From Macrostomum hystrix (lineage: Eukaryota > Animalia > Platyhelminthes), in assembly GCA_950097015.1 (NCBI GenBank), contig CATNEN010000025.1, positions 7,936,001 through 8,000,000 on the forward strand: DNA of 64,000 nt, read 5' to 3'. Under the pieces are notes generated by a model. It saw only the letters and a list, made by a program, of their open reading frames with translations. It was not told the DNA's origin and made no database searches. Each line of letters opens with the position of its first letter. Position 1 is the stretch's first letter. Shown here piece after piece: positions 63,031 to 64,000 of this stretch. The position numbers and the translations under genes are program-made.

Positions 63031-63136
63031 GTTAGGAGATTTTTGATTGGCTAGAATTTATTTTATAGAGCTTTCTAATAAAAAATTCGCTTTTATAATT
63101 GGCTAGAACATATCTTGGTGCATTTTGGAGCATTAC

Positions 63137-63490
63137 TTTTTTCTTATAGTACGTAAGCTGATGCCGAACACCGGAAATCTTCTGTCGCAAGCGTCGCTGC
63201 TGATCGCTGCCTCCGCCATTGGCGTCTGACTCGGCGTATTCGGCGAAAGAGTTGACCACATTCTCTAAGTCTTCGTCAATGAAGCAATCTAGCTGGAATT
63301 CGAAGCCAACGCCGGGCAAGATTTTCATCTGCTGTTGCAACTGCTTATCGTTCACTACTAGGCGAAATTCGGCCACGTGAAAGAACTTGCTGGGATCGCC
63401 ATTGTACTCAACGGCTGGGGCGGCGCTAAAGACGGCGGTTTCCTGGTCGCGACTGCCCGACTGCTGGGCTGGCACTTTCTTCGGCTGCTC
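63137..63490 (-). CDS. WNK-like kinase exon (354 nt, phase 0-0) encoding a CCT-like/autoinhibitory (PF12202-type) domain; the kinase domain would lie beyond the window
   Basis: Acceptor TTCTTCTAG|GAG; donor AAA|GTAATG; FRLVVNDKQL..GFEFQLD..DLENVVNSFAE..RLRQKI aligns by eye to WNK LRIEDIKKL..AIEFSFDL..PEDVAQEMVE..MAKAI. Confidence 0.68.
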
Positions 63491-63559
63491 CTAGAAGAAT
63501 GAGGAAGGGTGGTAAAGTGTTTCAGATTGATAGCTCTAGTGTGATATATAGGGATATCT

Positions 63560-63930
63560 TAATTGCATCTGATTGGTTAGCAGCAAAATTTTTTGTTATT
63601 GGTCTGTATCTAAATAAATTGTAAATCGCGTCTGATTGGTTGGCAGCGAAATTGTTTATTATTGGTCTGAAGCTAAATCTCTTCTGATTGGTTGGCAGCT
63701 ATATCGCTTCTGATTGGTTGGCAGCAAAATTATTTCTTATTGGTCTGAAGCTAAATCTCTTCTGATTGGTTGGTAGCTAAATCTCTTCTGATTGGTTGGC
63801 AGCTACATCGCTTCTGATTGGTTGGCAGCAAAATTATTTCTTATTGGTCTGAAGCTAAATCTCTTCTGATTGGTTGGTAGCTAAATCTCTTCTGATTGGT
63901 TGGCCGTCAAAAGTTTCTGATTGGTTGCCA
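63560..63930. repeat. Composite intronic repeat rich in CTGATTGGTT
   Basis: Direct reading. Confidence 0.85.
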
Positions 63931-64000
63931 TCAAATTCGCACTAGATTAACTATTGTCTAAATCATTTTAGATTTTTTAGAGAAAAAAGAATAAAGTTAT

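Overview
Eukaryotic, animal, repeat-saturated genomic DNA. The compositional style (GC-rich Ala/Gly/Gln-rich exons, dozens of minisatellites) suggests a flatworm such as Macrostomum; this is inference only. Main contents: (1) a full-length, intact non-LTR retrotransposon on the minus strand (12173-18226) with ORF1, an APE-RT-RNaseH-CCHC ORF2 (LOA/R1-group-like), a perfect 13-bp TSD and a highly structured 669-nt 5'UTR; (2) a 7-EC protocadherin on the plus strand (large exon 23554-26295, probable terminal exon 44720-45058 with a DSGxGxS motif); (3) the 3' part of a WNK-like kinase gene on the minus strand (exons between about 57.3 and 63.5 kb); (4) three copies of a tRNA-derived SINE plus a second SINE relic; (5) about 30 tandem arrays, which explain most of the long ORFs in the ORF track. 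Top discoveries: a canonical minimal type-I hammerhead ribozyme (minus, 20797-20841) followed by a Pol III B-box and T6 inside a (GGGAGA)n tract; a duplicated, covarying pseudoknot-like RNA module in the LINE 5'UTR; and inverted minisatellite arms bracketing the protocadherin terminal exon. All structures were folded by eye and no database searches were run.
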